Shown one piece after another: positions 8,978 to 19,069 of a stretch of 41,789 nucleotides of DNA. Position 1 is the first letter of the stretch; each line of letters begins with the position of its first letter. A program made the translations under genes and the position numbers. The DNA lies in NCBI GenBank assembly GCA_046540795.1, contig JBKHEN010000002.1:1-41789 (forward strand), given 5' to 3'. A model generated the notes under the pieces. It made no database searches. It had not been told where the DNA came from and saw only the letters and a list, made by a program, of their open reading frames with translations. This stretch comes from Spirochaetaceae bacterium. Lineage in GTDB: Bacteria > Spirochaetota > Spirochaetia > DSM-27196 > PWMO01.

Positions 8978-9246
8978 TGGATACCGCATATGCCATCTAC
9001 ATCGTTCGTGCGGGGGTGCTGCAGGTACTGCTGATGGCCGGACCCGTGCTGGGCATCGGTATGGGCGTCGGGCTCATCGTGGCCATCTTTCAGGCCACCA
9101 CTTCCATACAGGATCAGACCCTGTCGTTCATCCCGAAGATCGCTGCAATTCTCTTCTCGATCGTGCTCTTCGGGCCGTGGATGATTCAGTCGCTCTTGCG
9201 GTTCACCCAGGGGCTCTTCGAGCAGATTCCTAATATGGTCGGGTGA
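8977..9246 (+). CDS. fliQ: Flagellar export apparatus protein FliQ
   Basis: 89-aa two-TM protein with 'GLIVAIFQATTSIQDQTLSFIPKI', typical of FliQ. The start overlaps the fliP stop (TGATG). Confidence 0.95.
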   Translation: MDTAYAIYIVRAGVLQVLLMAGPVLGIGMGVGLIVAIFQATTSIQDQTLSFIPKIAAILFSIVLFGPWMIQSLLRFTQGLFEQIPNMVG

Positions 9247-9256
9247 GAGGAATCGA

Positions 9257-10048
9257 ATGATAGACGCCGTGGCAGCCAACAGTCAGCTCTTCCTGCTGGT
9301 GTTCGTGCGTGTATTTGCGTTGCTGGCGGTGGCTCCCATGGTGTCGTCGACTTCGTTTCCCGCCTTGGCTCGGGTTGCGCTCGCGCTCTTGACCGCAGCG
9401 GTGGTTTTCCCGGAAGCGGTAAGCGCGGAGTACCCGATTCCGGAGACGGGACTGGCCTTCGTTCTTCTCCTCGTGGGCGAAGCCATGGTCGGGATCATCA
9501 CCGGGTTCCTCCTGGTGTTGGTGTTCGCCGCATTTCAGCTCGGCGGCCAGATGTTCTCGCTTCAGATGGGGTTCGGTGCCTCTCAAGTGTTCGATCCTCT
9601 TTCGCAGGTCCAGATTCCCCTGATGGGTCAGTTCCTGAACATCGTGGGGATGCTCGTCTTCGTGAACATCAGTGGGTTTCAGCGGCTGTTTTTCATCGGC
9701 GTCATGCGATCCTTCGAGCGCTTTCGGGCGGTGGACCTGTTGCTCATGCGCGAAGATATCGTCAACGGCGTCATGCGGCGCCTTTCGGGGCTGTTCCAGG
9801 ACGCCCTGGTCATCGCATTCCCGATCCTCGGCACGCTGATCCTGGTCTATGTAACGATGGGGCTGCTTGCCAAGGCGGCGCCGCAGATGAACCTGCTGGT
9901 CCTCGGCTTCCCGATCTCCATCGGGATCACCTTCCTGATGCTGATGGTGGGGATGCCGTTTCTTGCGGAGGCCATGTCGCGGCTGATAGACGACGGATTC
10001 GAGCTGATTGCGACGATGCTCGAATCGGGTGCGGGAGGTGGCCCGTGA
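9257..10048 (+). CDS. fliR: Flagellar export apparatus protein FliR
   Basis: Polytopic membrane protein of 263 aa ('FLLVFVRVFALLAVAPM...', 'FQLGGQMFSLQMGFGASQVFDP'), located between fliQ and flhB. Confidence 0.93.
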   Translation: MIDAVAANSQLFLLVFVRVFALLAVAPMVSSTSFPALARVALALLTAAVVFPEAVSAEYPIPETGLAFVLLLVGEAMVGIITGFLLVLVFAAFQLGGQMFSLQMGFGASQVFDPLSQVQIPLMGQFLNIVGMLVFVNISGFQRLFFIGVMRSFERFRAVDLLLMREDIVNGVMRRLSGLFQDALVIAFPILGTLILVYVTMGLLAKAAPQMNLLVLGFPISIGITFLMLMVGMPFLAEAMSRLIDDGFELIATMLESGAGGGP

Positions 10049-11232
10049 TCGTGCTCGGTCCCCTCACGGAAGGGGCGTGCGCCCCGGATGCCGCTCACGT
10101 GACGACTTCGTCCTTGCACGCGGACCTTGCCGCAGTCCATCTGCAATGGTTCGCCGCGCCGGAGGATGAGGGGCGAACCGAGGAGCCGACGGAGCACAAG
10201 ATTCGCAAGTCCCGCGAGGAAGGCAAGGTCGCCAAGTCGCAGGACGTCACCGGAGCGATCATCCTGCTCTTCACGGTCGTGACCCTCGCGCTGTTCTCTC
10301 GCTACCTCCTGAACACCATGATCGCCATGATGCGGTTCTTCTTCGGCGGTGCGGCGGAAATGGATGTAACCCAAGGCGATGCGGTGATGCCGGCGTTCTA
10401 CTCATTTTTCATCCGGCTTACGCTGCCGGTGGGGCTGGTTGCCTTCGTGGCTGCGGTCATGGGGAACATCATTCAGGTGGGCACGCTCTTTACTCTCAAG
10501 CCGATAAGCCCGGATTTCAACAAGATCGTTCCGCGTTTCGACAAGTTCCTCGAGCGAACGCTCACCTCCGTAGAAGCGCTGTACAACTGGTTCAAGTCCA
10601 TGGGCAAGGTAATCGCCCTCGGTGTCCTCGCCTTTGCAAATATCTGGGTGGAGGCCGAACGGCTGATCAATCTGGTGCACGTGCCGTATCTGCAGGCGTT
10701 CGGAGCAGTCGCGGGAATAGCCTTCCGGATTCTGTTGCAGGCGGCGATCCTGCTCCTGTTGCTGTCGGTTTTCGACTACATGTTTCAACGCCGACAACAT
10801 CTGGAATCTTTGAAGATGACCAGGCAGGAGGTAAAGGAAGAGCGCAAGACCTACGAAGGGGATCCGCAGGTTAAGAGCCGACTGAGACAACGAATGCAGG
10901 AGATGATGTCACGTAACATGGTGCGAAACGTGCCGGAAGCCGACGTGGTCGTCACGAACCCCAGCCACTATGCGGTGGCGCTTCAGTATGATCGTGAGAC
11001 GATGATCGCGCCGACGGTGACCGCGAAGGGACAGGACCACATGGCACGAGTCATCAGGGATACGGCGGAAGAGCACGGCGTCCCGGTGATAGAGAACCGG
11101 CCGCTGGCGCGGGCACTCTATGCGGAGGTCGAAATCGGGGACGTCATCCCGGAGAAATTCTATGAGGCGGTGGTTGCCGTGTTGAAGCAAGTGTATCGCA
11201 TGACCGGTCGCCGGGCAGGAGTGGTAGGATAA
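10045..11232 (+). CDS. flhB: Flagellar export switch protein FlhB
   Basis: N-terminal 'LQWFAAPEDEGRTEEPTEHKIRKSREEGKVAKSQD', four TM segments and the autocleavage site 'NPSHY' (NP[TS]H). The GTG start overlaps the fliR stop (GTGA). Confidence 0.95.
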   Translation: MIVLGPLTEGACAPDAAHVTTSSLHADLAAVHLQWFAAPEDEGRTEEPTEHKIRKSREEGKVAKSQDVTGAIILLFTVVTLALFSRYLLNTMIAMMRFFFGGAAEMDVTQGDAVMPAFYSFFIRLTLPVGLVAFVAAVMGNIIQVGTLFTLKPISPDFNKIVPRFDKFLERTLTSVEALYNWFKSMGKVIALGVLAFANIWVEAERLINLVHVPYLQAFGAVAGIAFRILLQAAILLLLLSVFDYMFQRRQHLESLKMTRQEVKEERKTYEGDPQVKSRLRQRMQEMMSRNMVRNVPEADVVVTNPSHYAVALQYDRETMIAPTVTAKGQDHMARVIRDTAEEHGVPVIENRPLARALYAEVEIGDVIPEKFYEAVVAVLKQVYRMTGRRAGVVG

Positions 11233-11244
11233 TGGAGCGGATCC

Positions 11245-13329
11245 ATGGCTGACGCGCAGTCGATTCTCTCGAACGCGTTTCTCAAGCAGCGCAGCGACGT
11301 TCTCGTGGCGGTCGGTGTCGTCGTGGTGGTGATGATGCTGATTATCCCGCTTCCGACGGTGCTGCTTGACGCGATGATGTCGCTCAACCTGGTTTTTGCG
11401 CTGCTTACGATCTTGATAACGCTCTACATCAAGAGCGCTCTCGAGTTCTCGGTCTTTCCCACGCTCCTTCTCGTCATTACGGTGTACGGCCTGGCGCTCA
11501 ATGTCTCCTCGACGCGCCTGATTCTCTCGCAGGGAGAGCAGTTCGACGGACAGATCATCCTGGCATTCTCGAGCTTCGTCATAGGAGCCGAGGGGCAGGA
11601 AGGGCTGGTCATCGGACTCATTATCTTCATCATTATCATTGCCGTTCAGTTCATCGTTATCACCAAGGGAGCCACCCGTGTCGCCGAGGTTGCCGCGCGT
11701 TTCACACTTGATTCGTTGCCCGGTAAGCAGATGGCGATTGAGCAGGAATACAGTTCCGGCGCCATCACCGAGGAGGAGGCGACCAAGCGGAAACTGGAGC
11801 TCGAGCGGGAAGTGGACTTCTACGGCGCCATGGACGGTGCTTCCAAGTTCGTGCAGGGAAACGTGCGCGTCGGCCTTCTTATCACCGCGGTGAATATCGT
11901 CGGGGGAATCGTGGTCGGCATGACCATTCACGGGGAGACTTTTCAGGCGGCGGTGAACACGTACATCTCCCTTGCAATCGGCGACGGTCTGGTGACGCAG
12001 TTTCCGGCGCTCATGGTTTCCACCGCTACCGGTCTCATCGTCACCCGGGCTATCTCGGAGGAGACCTTCGGAGAAGAGCTTACGGCGCAGTTCACCGGGC
12101 AGGCGCGCATATACTGGATAGCGGCGGCGTTCCTCTTCGGCTTATCCCTTCTGCCGGCGTTCCCTTGGTACGTATTGATGCCGCTGGCAGGGCTCTCCGG
12201 GCTGCTCGCGTGGAGGATCGGTAGCAGGCAGGTCGCCGAGGAGAAGGAGGCCGCGGAGGCCGCCAAGCCGAAAGAAGAGGTCGAGCCGCAGCAAATGTCG
12301 CCGGTTGCCCCGCTGGACCCGCTGTCGCTGGAACTGGGATACGGGCTTGTGCCGCTTGTGGACAAGGACAAGGGTGCGGAGCTGCTCGACCGGATAACCC
12401 GTATCCGCCGCGAAGCGGCGCTGGAGCTCGGGCTGGTAGTGCCGCGTATTCGGATCATCGACAACATGCGCCTCGAGCCCTCGGAATACACCTTCAAGAT
12501 CCGGGGCGTGGAGGTCGGCAGGGCGCGGATTCGCATGGGCTACTATCTGTGCATCAATCCGGGCGGAGAACGGGAGGAGATACCCGGGGAGGAGACTACC
12601 GATCCGGCCTTCGGGTTGCCGGCAAAGTGGATCACCGAGGAGTACCGGGATCAGGCCGAGCGGGCGGGGTATACCGTGGTCGATTCGCCGTCGATCATCG
12701 CCACCCACATCACCGAGCTCATCAAGCGGAATGCCGCGGATATTCTCGGACGGCAGGAGGTGAAGTCGATGCTCGACACCCTCAAGCGGGACTATCCCGC
12801 GGTGGTGGAAGACGTACAGTCCGTGCTCTCGCTCGGGGAAATTCAGAAGGTGCTTCAGGGTCTGTTGCGTGAGCAGGTGTCGATCCGGAACCTAGTGGTC
12901 ATATTGGAATCGCTGGCGGACTATGGTAACATTACCAAAGACGCTGGATTTCTCGTCGAGAAGGTGCGGCAGGCGCTGAAGCGACAGATTTCGCTTCAGT
13001 ATGCCGATGACGATAAAACGATGAAAGTCCTTACCCTCGATCCGTCTCTGGAGCAGCGGATCATCGATTCGCGGGTCGAGACGACGGGAGGAGTGGTGCC
13101 GGCATTGCAGCCGGACGTTCAGCGCAAATGGATCAACGCCCTCGTCAACGCCGTGGGACAGGCGCGCTCGCAGGGGGTCTTTCCCATCATTTTGTGCTCC
13201 GAGGCTGCGCGTCCGCTGGTCAAGGCAAGCGCACAGCGGGACGTTCCGGATCTGGTGGTATTGTCGGCGCCCGAAATCGTTCCGGAAGTGAAAGTCGAAT
13301 CGATCGGTGAAATACGAATAGAAGAGTGA
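11245..13329 (+). CDS. flhA: Flagellar export gate protein FlhA
   Basis: 694 aa with an N-terminal polytopic domain ('FVIGAEGQEGLVIGLIIFIIIIAVQFIVITKGATRVAEVAARFTLDSLPGKQMAI') and a large cytoplasmic C-domain, typical of the FHIPEP family. Confidence 0.97.
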   Translation: MADAQSILSNAFLKQRSDVLVAVGVVVVVMMLIIPLPTVLLDAMMSLNLVFALLTILITLYIKSALEFSVFPTLLLVITVYGLALNVSSTRLILSQGEQFDGQIILAFSSFVIGAEGQEGLVIGLIIFIIIIAVQFIVITKGATRVAEVAARFTLDSLPGKQMAIEQEYSSGAITEEEATKRKLELEREVDFYGAMDGASKFVQGNVRVGLLITAVNIVGGIVVGMTIHGETFQAAVNTYISLAIGDGLVTQFPALMVSTATGLIVTRAISEETFGEELTAQFTGQARIYWIAAAFLFGLSLLPAFPWYVLMPLAGLSGLLAWRIGSRQVAEEKEAAEAAKPKEEVEPQQMSPVAPLDPLSLELGYGLVPLVDKDKGAELLDRITRIRREAALELGLVVPRIRIIDNMRLEPSEYTFKIRGVEVGRARIRMGYYLCINPGGEREEIPGEETTDPAFGLPAKWITEEYRDQAERAGYTVVDSPSIIATHITELIKRNAADILGRQEVKSMLDTLKRDYPAVVEDVQSVLSLGEIQKVLQGLLREQVSIRNLVVILESLADYGNITKDAGFLVEKVRQALKRQISLQYADDDKTMKVLTLDPSLEQRIIDSRVETTGGVVPALQPDVQRKWINALVNAVGQARSQGVFPIILCSEAARPLVKASAQRDVPDLVVLSAPEIVPEVKVESIGEIRIEE

Positions 13330-13339
13330 GGTTGTGGGC

Positions 13340-14533
13340 ATGGAGTATTTCGTAGAGCAGGCACCGACGCATCTCGACGCCGAGCACAAAGTGCGGGCGA
13401 AATACGGTGACAGAGCGCGGATCATGCACCACAAGACCATTCGCATGGGCGGTTTTCTCGGTCTCTTCGCCAAAGAAGGTGTGGAGGTAACCGGCTACAT
13501 CTCCTCCGCGTCCGCTCGAACGGAAGCGCCCAAACGCTCGCAGGACCTGGAGGAGGAAAAGCAGAAGATCCTCTCCGCAGCGAGGAGCGAAAAGAGCATC
13601 GACATGGTCCTCGAGGAGCTGAAGGAGATCAAGGAGCGCATGGGGGAGCGCGACGCCTCGGCCGGGGCGCCCCCCGCTGACGGCAACGTTCACCCGACCT
13701 TGGCGGCCGTGCGGGAGAAGCTGTTTCAGAACGAGTTCACCCCCTCTTATGTGGACGGCATCCTTGCTCGGGCGCGACGAACCTTCTCCATGGAGGAGCT
13801 CGAGGACGAGCGCTACGTGCAGGATCGGGTGCTCGAATGGATCGGGGAGAGTATCCATATCTACGAGCCGCAGAAGTCGCAGCGTCCGCTGGTGTACGTA
13901 CTGGTCGGACCGACGGGGGTGGGAAAAACGACGACTATCGCCAAGCTCGCCGCACTATACGCCTTCAATGGCTCGCGTCCTCGGAACGTTCGCATCTTCA
14001 CCATCGACAATTACCGTATCGGTGCCAGGGAACAGATGGAGACCTATGGGAACATCATGGAAATACCGGTAACGGCGGTGGACTCTAAGAGCGAGATGAA
14101 GAAGCAGCTTGCCATCTCGCAGGATGCGGACATGATATTTGTGGACACCATAGGGAAGAGCCCGCGGGAGTTCACCAAGCTCGGGGAGATGAACGAGCTT
14201 CTCCGTGCCGCCGGCGGGGCGGCGGATACGCATCTCGCCGTCAGCGCCACCACGAAGACGGCGGATCTCGAGGAGACACTGCGACAGTTCGAACCCTTCG
14301 GCTACCGCTCGGTGGTCGTCACCAAGATGGATGAGACAAATCGTCTCGGGAACGTGATAAGCGTGCTGTCGGAGAAGCAGAAACCGGTGTCGTATCTGAC
14401 GAACGGTCAGAACGTGCCGGAGGATATTCGAAAGGCCACCGTCGAACACCTACTTCTTACACTCGAAGGCTTTCAGGTCGACCGACAAATGATCGAAGAT
14501 AAATTTGGGGAAGTTCAACGTACGGAGAAGTGA
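13340..14533 (+). CDS. flhF: Flagellar SRP-type GTPase FlhF
   Basis: G-motifs 'GPTGVGKTTTIAKLAA', 'DTIGKSP' and 'TKMDET'. ATG 13340 is preferred over the listed GTG 13334 on RBS spacing (GAGTGAGG at 13324-13331). Confidence 0.9.
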   Translation: MEYFVEQAPTHLDAEHKVRAKYGDRARIMHHKTIRMGGFLGLFAKEGVEVTGYISSASARTEAPKRSQDLEEEKQKILSAARSEKSIDMVLEELKEIKERMGERDASAGAPPADGNVHPTLAAVREKLFQNEFTPSYVDGILARARRTFSMEELEDERYVQDRVLEWIGESIHIYEPQKSQRPLVYVLVGPTGVGKTTTIAKLAALYAFNGSRPRNVRIFTIDNYRIGAREQMETYGNIMEIPVTAVDSKSEMKKQLAISQDADMIFVDTIGKSPREFTKLGEMNELLRAAGGAADTHLAVSATTKTADLEETLRQFEPFGYRSVVVTKMDETNRLGNVISVLSEKQKPVSYLTNGQNVPEDIRKATVEHLLLTLEGFQVDRQMIEDKFGEVQRTEK

Positions 14534-15415
14534 ATGGCTGATCAGGCAGAAACGCTTCGCGAGATGATGAAAAACCGAAATGGTGACTCGCAGTCCAAGA
14601 CGCGGATCATCACCATCGCAAGCGGGAAGGGCGGAGTAGGGAAAACCAATATCGCTACCAACCTGGCTATCGGTTACGCGCAGCTCGGAAAGAAGGTCGT
14701 CCTTATGGACGCCGATCTGGGTCTGGCCAACGTAAACGTCGTGCTGGGGATCATACCCAAGTACAATCTCTACCACGTGATCCGGAAACAGAAGTCCATG
14801 AGTGAGGTCATCATGGACACCAATTACGGTATTCGAATCGTCGCCGGGGCTTCGGGGTTTGCAAAGATCGCGAATCTCGGGGAAGAGGAGCGGAGAAACT
14901 TCGTTGACGAGCTAGCACATCTGGAGAATGCCGACGTGATCATCATTGACACCAGCGCGGGGGTTTCGAATAACGTGCTGTCTTTTGTGGCTGCGGCGGA
15001 TGAGGCAATCATCGTAACCACCCCCGAGCCCACCGCCATTACCGACGCCTACGGCATCATCAAGATCGTGGCCACGGAAATCGACAATCTGAACCTGGAC
15101 CTGAAGCTGATCGTGAACCGCGTGAAGTCGGTGACCGAGGGCAAAAAGGTCGCCGAGCGGGTGATCAACATCGCGGGACAGTTTCTCAATCTAAAGGTAG
15201 ACTATCTGGGCTATGTGTATGAGGATCCGAGCGTTCATCAGGCGGTGCTGAAGCAGAAGCCGTTTGCGGCTTCGGACCCCGACGGAAAGGCGGCCATCTG
15301 CGTGAAACACATCGTGAGCCGCCTGGAGAACGTGGAGTATAGGGAGGGTAACGGCCTCGGTCACTTCTTGAAGAAGCTCTTCGGGCGTAGCGAGGGGCGA
15401 CTGGAAACCGCATAA
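14534..15415 (+). CDS. flhG: MinD/ParA-type ATPase FlhG (YlxH/FleN)
   Basis: Deviant Walker A 'ASGKGGVGKTN', Walker B 'VIIIDTSAG' and a C-terminal amphipathic helix 'GLGHFLKKLFGR'. The start abuts the flhF stop. Confidence 0.9.
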   Translation: MADQAETLREMMKNRNGDSQSKTRIITIASGKGGVGKTNIATNLAIGYAQLGKKVVLMDADLGLANVNVVLGIIPKYNLYHVIRKQKSMSEVIMDTNYGIRIVAGASGFAKIANLGEEERRNFVDELAHLENADVIIIDTSAGVSNNVLSFVAAADEAIIVTTPEPTAITDAYGIIKIVATEIDNLNLDLKLIVNRVKSVTEGKKVAERVINIAGQFLNLKVDYLGYVYEDPSVHQAVLKQKPFAASDPDGKAAICVKHIVSRLENVEYREGNGLGHFLKKLFGRSEGRLETA

Positions 15416-15439
15416 AGTATTTGAGATATTGGATGAGCC

Positions 15440-15468
15440 TTGACTGGTATCGTCGAATTGCATAGTGT
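15440..15468 (+). promoter_or_regulatory. Possible sigma-70-type internal promoter ahead of the membrane ORF and fliA
   Basis: TTGACT (15440-15445), 17-nt spacer, TAGTGT (15463-15468), in the 75-nt flhG-ORF gap. The -10 element is weak. Confidence 0.3.
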
Positions 15469-15490
15469 TGATAGCTAGGGGAGTCGTTGC

Positions 15491-16315
15491 ATGGGGCCGA
15501 ACCTGAAATCAAGCGGATACTTCGCCGGCACGGCTTTTCTCATCGCGGGCCTCACGGGCGCTCTCGCTGGTGTCGGTCTCGGCGTCATTTTCCTACGCGC
15601 ACTCCTCGGCGCGTTCGTGTTCGGCGGCTTCGGATACCTAGCTTTTCTCGTCATCTCTCGGCGAATTCCTGAGCTTCTCACTACAACCGACGGGTCGGCA
15701 TCCGCACTGGCAGGGTCCCCTCCGGAGACGGGCGGGCACGTGGACATCGTCGTGGACGACGAAGATGAAGAGGCGCAGCCGGTGGAGGAAGTGCGGACAC
15801 CGGACTCCGCAATCGATATCGGCACCTCCAGCGTCGATGCTCCCGCCACCGGTCCTTCCGCCGCGGAAGCCGGCGGCGATGAGGACGCGGCCACCCTCGA
15901 AGAGCTCGGTGACGAGGAAGAGGAGACGCCGTCGGAAGGGCCGCCTCGGCCCGTGGAGGAGCTGGTGGAAGAGGTGACGGAGGTCGGCGACAGCGGCCGC
16001 CCCGGCACCAGCGGGGGGGGCACCGGCCGCGGTACCGGCACCGGCGGCGGCACCGGTGACTCCCGTGGGGCGGGCGGGGAGCCCGCACCCAATCCCCCGG
16101 CTGCCTCGGCGGCCGATGAGGTCGATGACGACTCCCTCGATTCTCTTCCTGATATCGGCGGTTTCGCCGGAAGCTTTGAGGGGGAGGGCTCCGAAACCAC
16201 AGAGGAAGAAGAGGTCACGGGTGGCGCCGGCAAGAGAGACGGCGGGCATGGGGTCGACCAGGACCCTGAGGTCATCGCAAAGGCACTCCAAACGGTGATG
16301 AAACGGGATGAGTAA
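15491..16315 (+). CDS. Hypothetical membrane protein (2 N-terminal TM helices + long acidic/Gly-rich disordered region), translationally coupled to fliA
   Basis: AGGGGAG RBS 8 nt upstream of the ATG. N-terminal '[25 protein letters not shown]' and '[16 protein letters not shown]' are hydrophobic. The rest is Asp/Glu/Gly/Thr-rich. The stop overlaps the fliA start by 8 nt. I recognise no family motif. Confidence 0.55.
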   Translation: MGPNLKSSGYFAGTAFLIAGLTGALAGVGLGVIFLRALLGAFVFGGFGYLAFLVISRRIPELLTTTDGSASALAGSPPETGGHVDIVVDDEDEEAQPVEEVRTPDSAIDIGTSSVDAPATGPSAAEAGGDEDAATLEELGDEEEETPSEGPPRPVEELVEEVTEVGDSGRPGTSGGGTGRGTGTGGGTGDSRGAGGEPAPNPPAASAADEVDDDSLDSLPDIGGFAGSFEGEGSETTEEEEVTGGAGKRDGGHGVDQDPEVIAKALQTVMKRDE

Positions 16316-17120
16316 GAGCAAGAAGCAGGCAGATCAGGAAACGCTCCTCGCCGAGAAGTCCGAAGAGGAGTTGTGGCGGCTCTACAAAGACACCGGCGAC
16401 CCGGAGATACGTGACAGGATCGTCAGGCAATACGCTCCGTTGGTGAAGTACGTCGCCGGCAAGGTTGCAGTGGGGATGCCCCATAACGTGGAGTTCGACG
16501 ACCTCGTCGGCTACGGGGTATTCGGACTGTTCGACGCTATAGAGAAGTTCGATCCCCAGAAGCATGTGAAGTTCAAGACCTACGCGGTTACGCGCATTCG
16601 GGGTGCGATATTCGATGAGTTGCGCTCGATCGACTGGGTGCCCCGATCGATCCGGCAAAAGGCCCGGGAGATCGAAGATACCGTGCAGAAGCTGGAGAGT
16701 TCCCTCGGGCGGGCCGCCACCGACGAAGAAGTTGCCCGAGAGCTCGGTATCACTACCAAGGAGTACGAAAAGACCATTCAGAAGGTCAGCAGCACCTCTA
16801 TCTTGTCCCTGAACGATGTCTGGTATACCGGCGAGGACAACGATAAGGTCTCCATCGCCGACAGTATCGAATCGCCCCAGAGCCTCAACCCGGACGTGAT
16901 CGTTGAAAAGGACGAGATAAAGCGGGTCATTGCCGAGTCCATAAAGGAGCTCCCGGAAAAGGAGAAGAAGGTCCTCGTGCTGTACTACTACGAGGATCTC
17001 ACACTGAAGGAAATCGGCCAGGTTCTCGAGGTAACGGAATCCCGGGTGTCACAGTTGCATACGAAGGCCATTATGAGGCTCCGTACCAAGCTGACCAACA
17101 TCAAGAAGGGGATCATGTAG
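16308..17120 (+). CDS. fliA: Flagellar RNA polymerase sigma factor sigma-28 (FliA/WhiG/SigD)
   Basis: Sigma-70 family regions 2-4 are present: '[12 protein letters not shown]', '[19 protein letters not shown]...[18 protein letters not shown]' and the region 4.2 HTH '[29 protein letters not shown]'. It sits at the end of a flagellar operon. Confidence 0.93.
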   Translation: MSKSKKQADQETLLAEKSEEELWRLYKDTGDPEIRDRIVRQYAPLVKYVAGKVAVGMPHNVEFDDLVGYGVFGLFDAIEKFDPQKHVKFKTYAVTRIRGAIFDELRSIDWVPRSIRQKAREIEDTVQKLESSLGRAATDEEVARELGITTKEYEKTIQKVSSTSILSLNDVWYTGEDNDKVSIADSIESPQSLNPDVIVEKDEIKRVIAESIKELPEKEKKVLVLYYYEDLTLKEIGQVLEVTESRVSQLHTKAIMRLRTKLTNIKKGIM

Positions 17121-17122
17121 CC

Positions 17123-19069
17123 ATGGTTCGGATATCGGAGATTCAAGGCTACATGCAGAAGCAGATGGAGGAGGATCGCCGACGGAACTACGTGAACGTT
17201 CAGGGAGATACGCTGGACGAAGCGCTCGAGCAGGCTGCGGTCGAGCTTTCCCGGCCGGTTAAGAACATCGATTTCGAGATACTGCAGAAGGGCAGCCGAG
17301 GAATATTCGGTGCCGGCCGGAAACCTTATCTGCTCCTTGCCTACCCGGCGACGGGTGAGTCGAAAGAACAGGACATGGACGACGTCTTCGATGTGGACTT
17401 CGGCTTCGAAGAGGAAGCTCAGCAGGTCGAGCGAGACGGAGAGGCCTTCGTGAGGCTTTCCTCCACGGGTATCCTGCTGAAAGTTACGCCGCCGGTTGGA
17501 AAGGGAAAAAGAGTCACCGAGCAACAGGCGATGGAGCGTATTCGGGCGCGTACCGACGCCAGACTCGACACAGGCAACGTTGCCAAGGCGGTGAAGCTTG
17601 CGGAAGGTGAGTTCAGAAAGGTCGGCGACTACGACTATAACCCCGCAGCGGACGCAGTGCTGTCGGTAGAAATTGCGGATTCGGAGATGAGAGCCTACCT
17701 TACCGCCCTCCCTCCCGGCCCCGGTGGTGCGGACCCGGATTACGACAGCCTGGTGACGTTCTTGCAGGACAACGGCGTTGTCTCCGGCTGGAAAGAGAAC
17801 GTGCTTAGCCGCTTCGCCGATGACCCGGTATACCGGGAGCCGGTGCTCGTCGCCGAGGGGACATCGCCGAAGGACGGGGGCGATGCCCGTATCGCGTATA
17901 ATTTCGAGACCGACGGTAGCCGCGTGAGGCTTAAGGAGCAGGACGGCAGGGTAGACTTCAAGGAGCTCGACATTATCCAGAATGTGGTTGAGGGGCAGGT
18001 ACTTGCCAAAAAGATACCGGCTGAGCGGGGCACGCCGGGGCGAACGGTCACCGGGAAGCTGCTGCCGGCCAAAGACGGAAAGGACACGCCCTTACTCGTC
18101 GGCAAGAACGTCAGGCTGTCGGAGGACAAACGCACGGCGATCGCGGAGCTCAACGGGCAGGTGTTTCTCCACAACGGAAAGATACAGGTGGAGGAGGTCT
18201 ACGTCGTCAACGGCGATGTGAATCTCAAGACGGGGAATATCACTTTTCTCGGCGGCGTGGTCGTAAAGGGCAACGTAGACGACGGTTTCAACGTAAAGGC
18301 ATCCGGAAATATCGAGGTAGCCGGTAGTGTAGGAAAGAGCCTGCTCGACGCCGAAGGCGACATTATCGTGCGACAGGGCGTGGCGGGCAAAGAGACCGGT
18401 ATCATACGTTGCGGCGGGAACCTGTGGTCCAAGTTCGTGGAGAATGTCACCGTAGAAGCCGGCGGCATGGTCATCGTGACCGACGGGATCATGAACTCGG
18501 AGATCTATGCCAACCGTAAGGTCATCTGCCGGGGCAAGCGGGCAAGTATTGTGGGAGGGCGCGTGCGTGCGGCGGAAGAAATCGACGCCAAGGCCCTCGG
18601 CACTCCCGGTGGGCGTGAGACCATTCTCGAGGTGGGGTACGATCCCAAGAGCAAACAGAAGCTCGTTGAGCTCAAGGAGAAGCGCGATGAATACAACGGG
18701 GAGCTCGACGGGATAAAACGTGATCTGAAGACGCTCATAAACCAGAGCAAGCAGAAGAAGGAAATTCCTAAGGAAAAGGTGCAGCAGTTCAAGAAGTTGC
18801 AGGCCCGCCGGAAGGAACTTGCCGAGGAGATAGAGCGGCTGGACACCGAAATCGGGGAGCTCGAGTCCTATCTGGAGGGCCTCAAGGTTTCCGGCAAGGT
18901 TGGTGCCTCCGGAACGGTGTATCCGGGAGTCAAGCTCTATGTGAAGGACGCGTATCTCGATGTGCACAACGAGTTCAACGCGGTTACCTTCAGCGCGGTG
19001 GCACAGCAGATAAAGGTCGGGAAGTACGAGGAATCAAGCGAGAATATCGAGATGATCCGGAAGGATTAG
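17123..19069 (+). CDS. DUF342/FapA-family flagellar-associated protein with a Jag_N-like N-terminal domain
   Basis: The N-terminal 'VNVQGDTLDEALEQAAVELSRPVKNIDFEILQKGSRGIFGAGRKPYLLLAYP' resembles the Jag N-terminal domain. The central beta-helix-like repeats ('GNITFLGGVVVKGNVDDGFNVKASGNIEVAGSV...'), a C-terminal coiled coil and 'GTVYPGVKLYVKDAYLDV' are typical of DUF342. Confidence 0.8.
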   Translation: MVRISEIQGYMQKQMEEDRRRNYVNVQGDTLDEALEQAAVELSRPVKNIDFEILQKGSRGIFGAGRKPYLLLAYPATGESKEQDMDDVFDVDFGFEEEAQQVERDGEAFVRLSSTGILLKVTPPVGKGKRVTEQQAMERIRARTDARLDTGNVAKAVKLAEGEFRKVGDYDYNPAADAVLSVEIADSEMRAYLTALPPGPGGADPDYDSLVTFLQDNGVVSGWKENVLSRFADDPVYREPVLVAEGTSPKDGGDARIAYNFETDGSRVRLKEQDGRVDFKELDIIQNVVEGQVLAKKIPAERGTPGRTVTGKLLPAKDGKDTPLLVGKNVRLSEDKRTAIAELNGQVFLHNGKIQVEEVYVVNGDVNLKTGNITFLGGVVVKGNVDDGFNVKASGNIEVAGSVGKSLLDAEGDIIVRQGVAGKETGIIRCGGNLWSKFVENVTVEAGGMVIVTDGIMNSEIYANRKVICRGKRASIVGGRVRAAEEIDAKALGTPGGRETILEVGYDPKSKQKLVELKEKRDEYNGELDGIKRDLKTLINQSKQKKEIPKEKVQQFKKLQARRKELAEEIERLDTEIGELESYLEGLKVSGKVGASGTVYPGVKLYVKDAYLDVHNEFNAVTFSAVAQQIKVGKYEESSENIEMIRKD

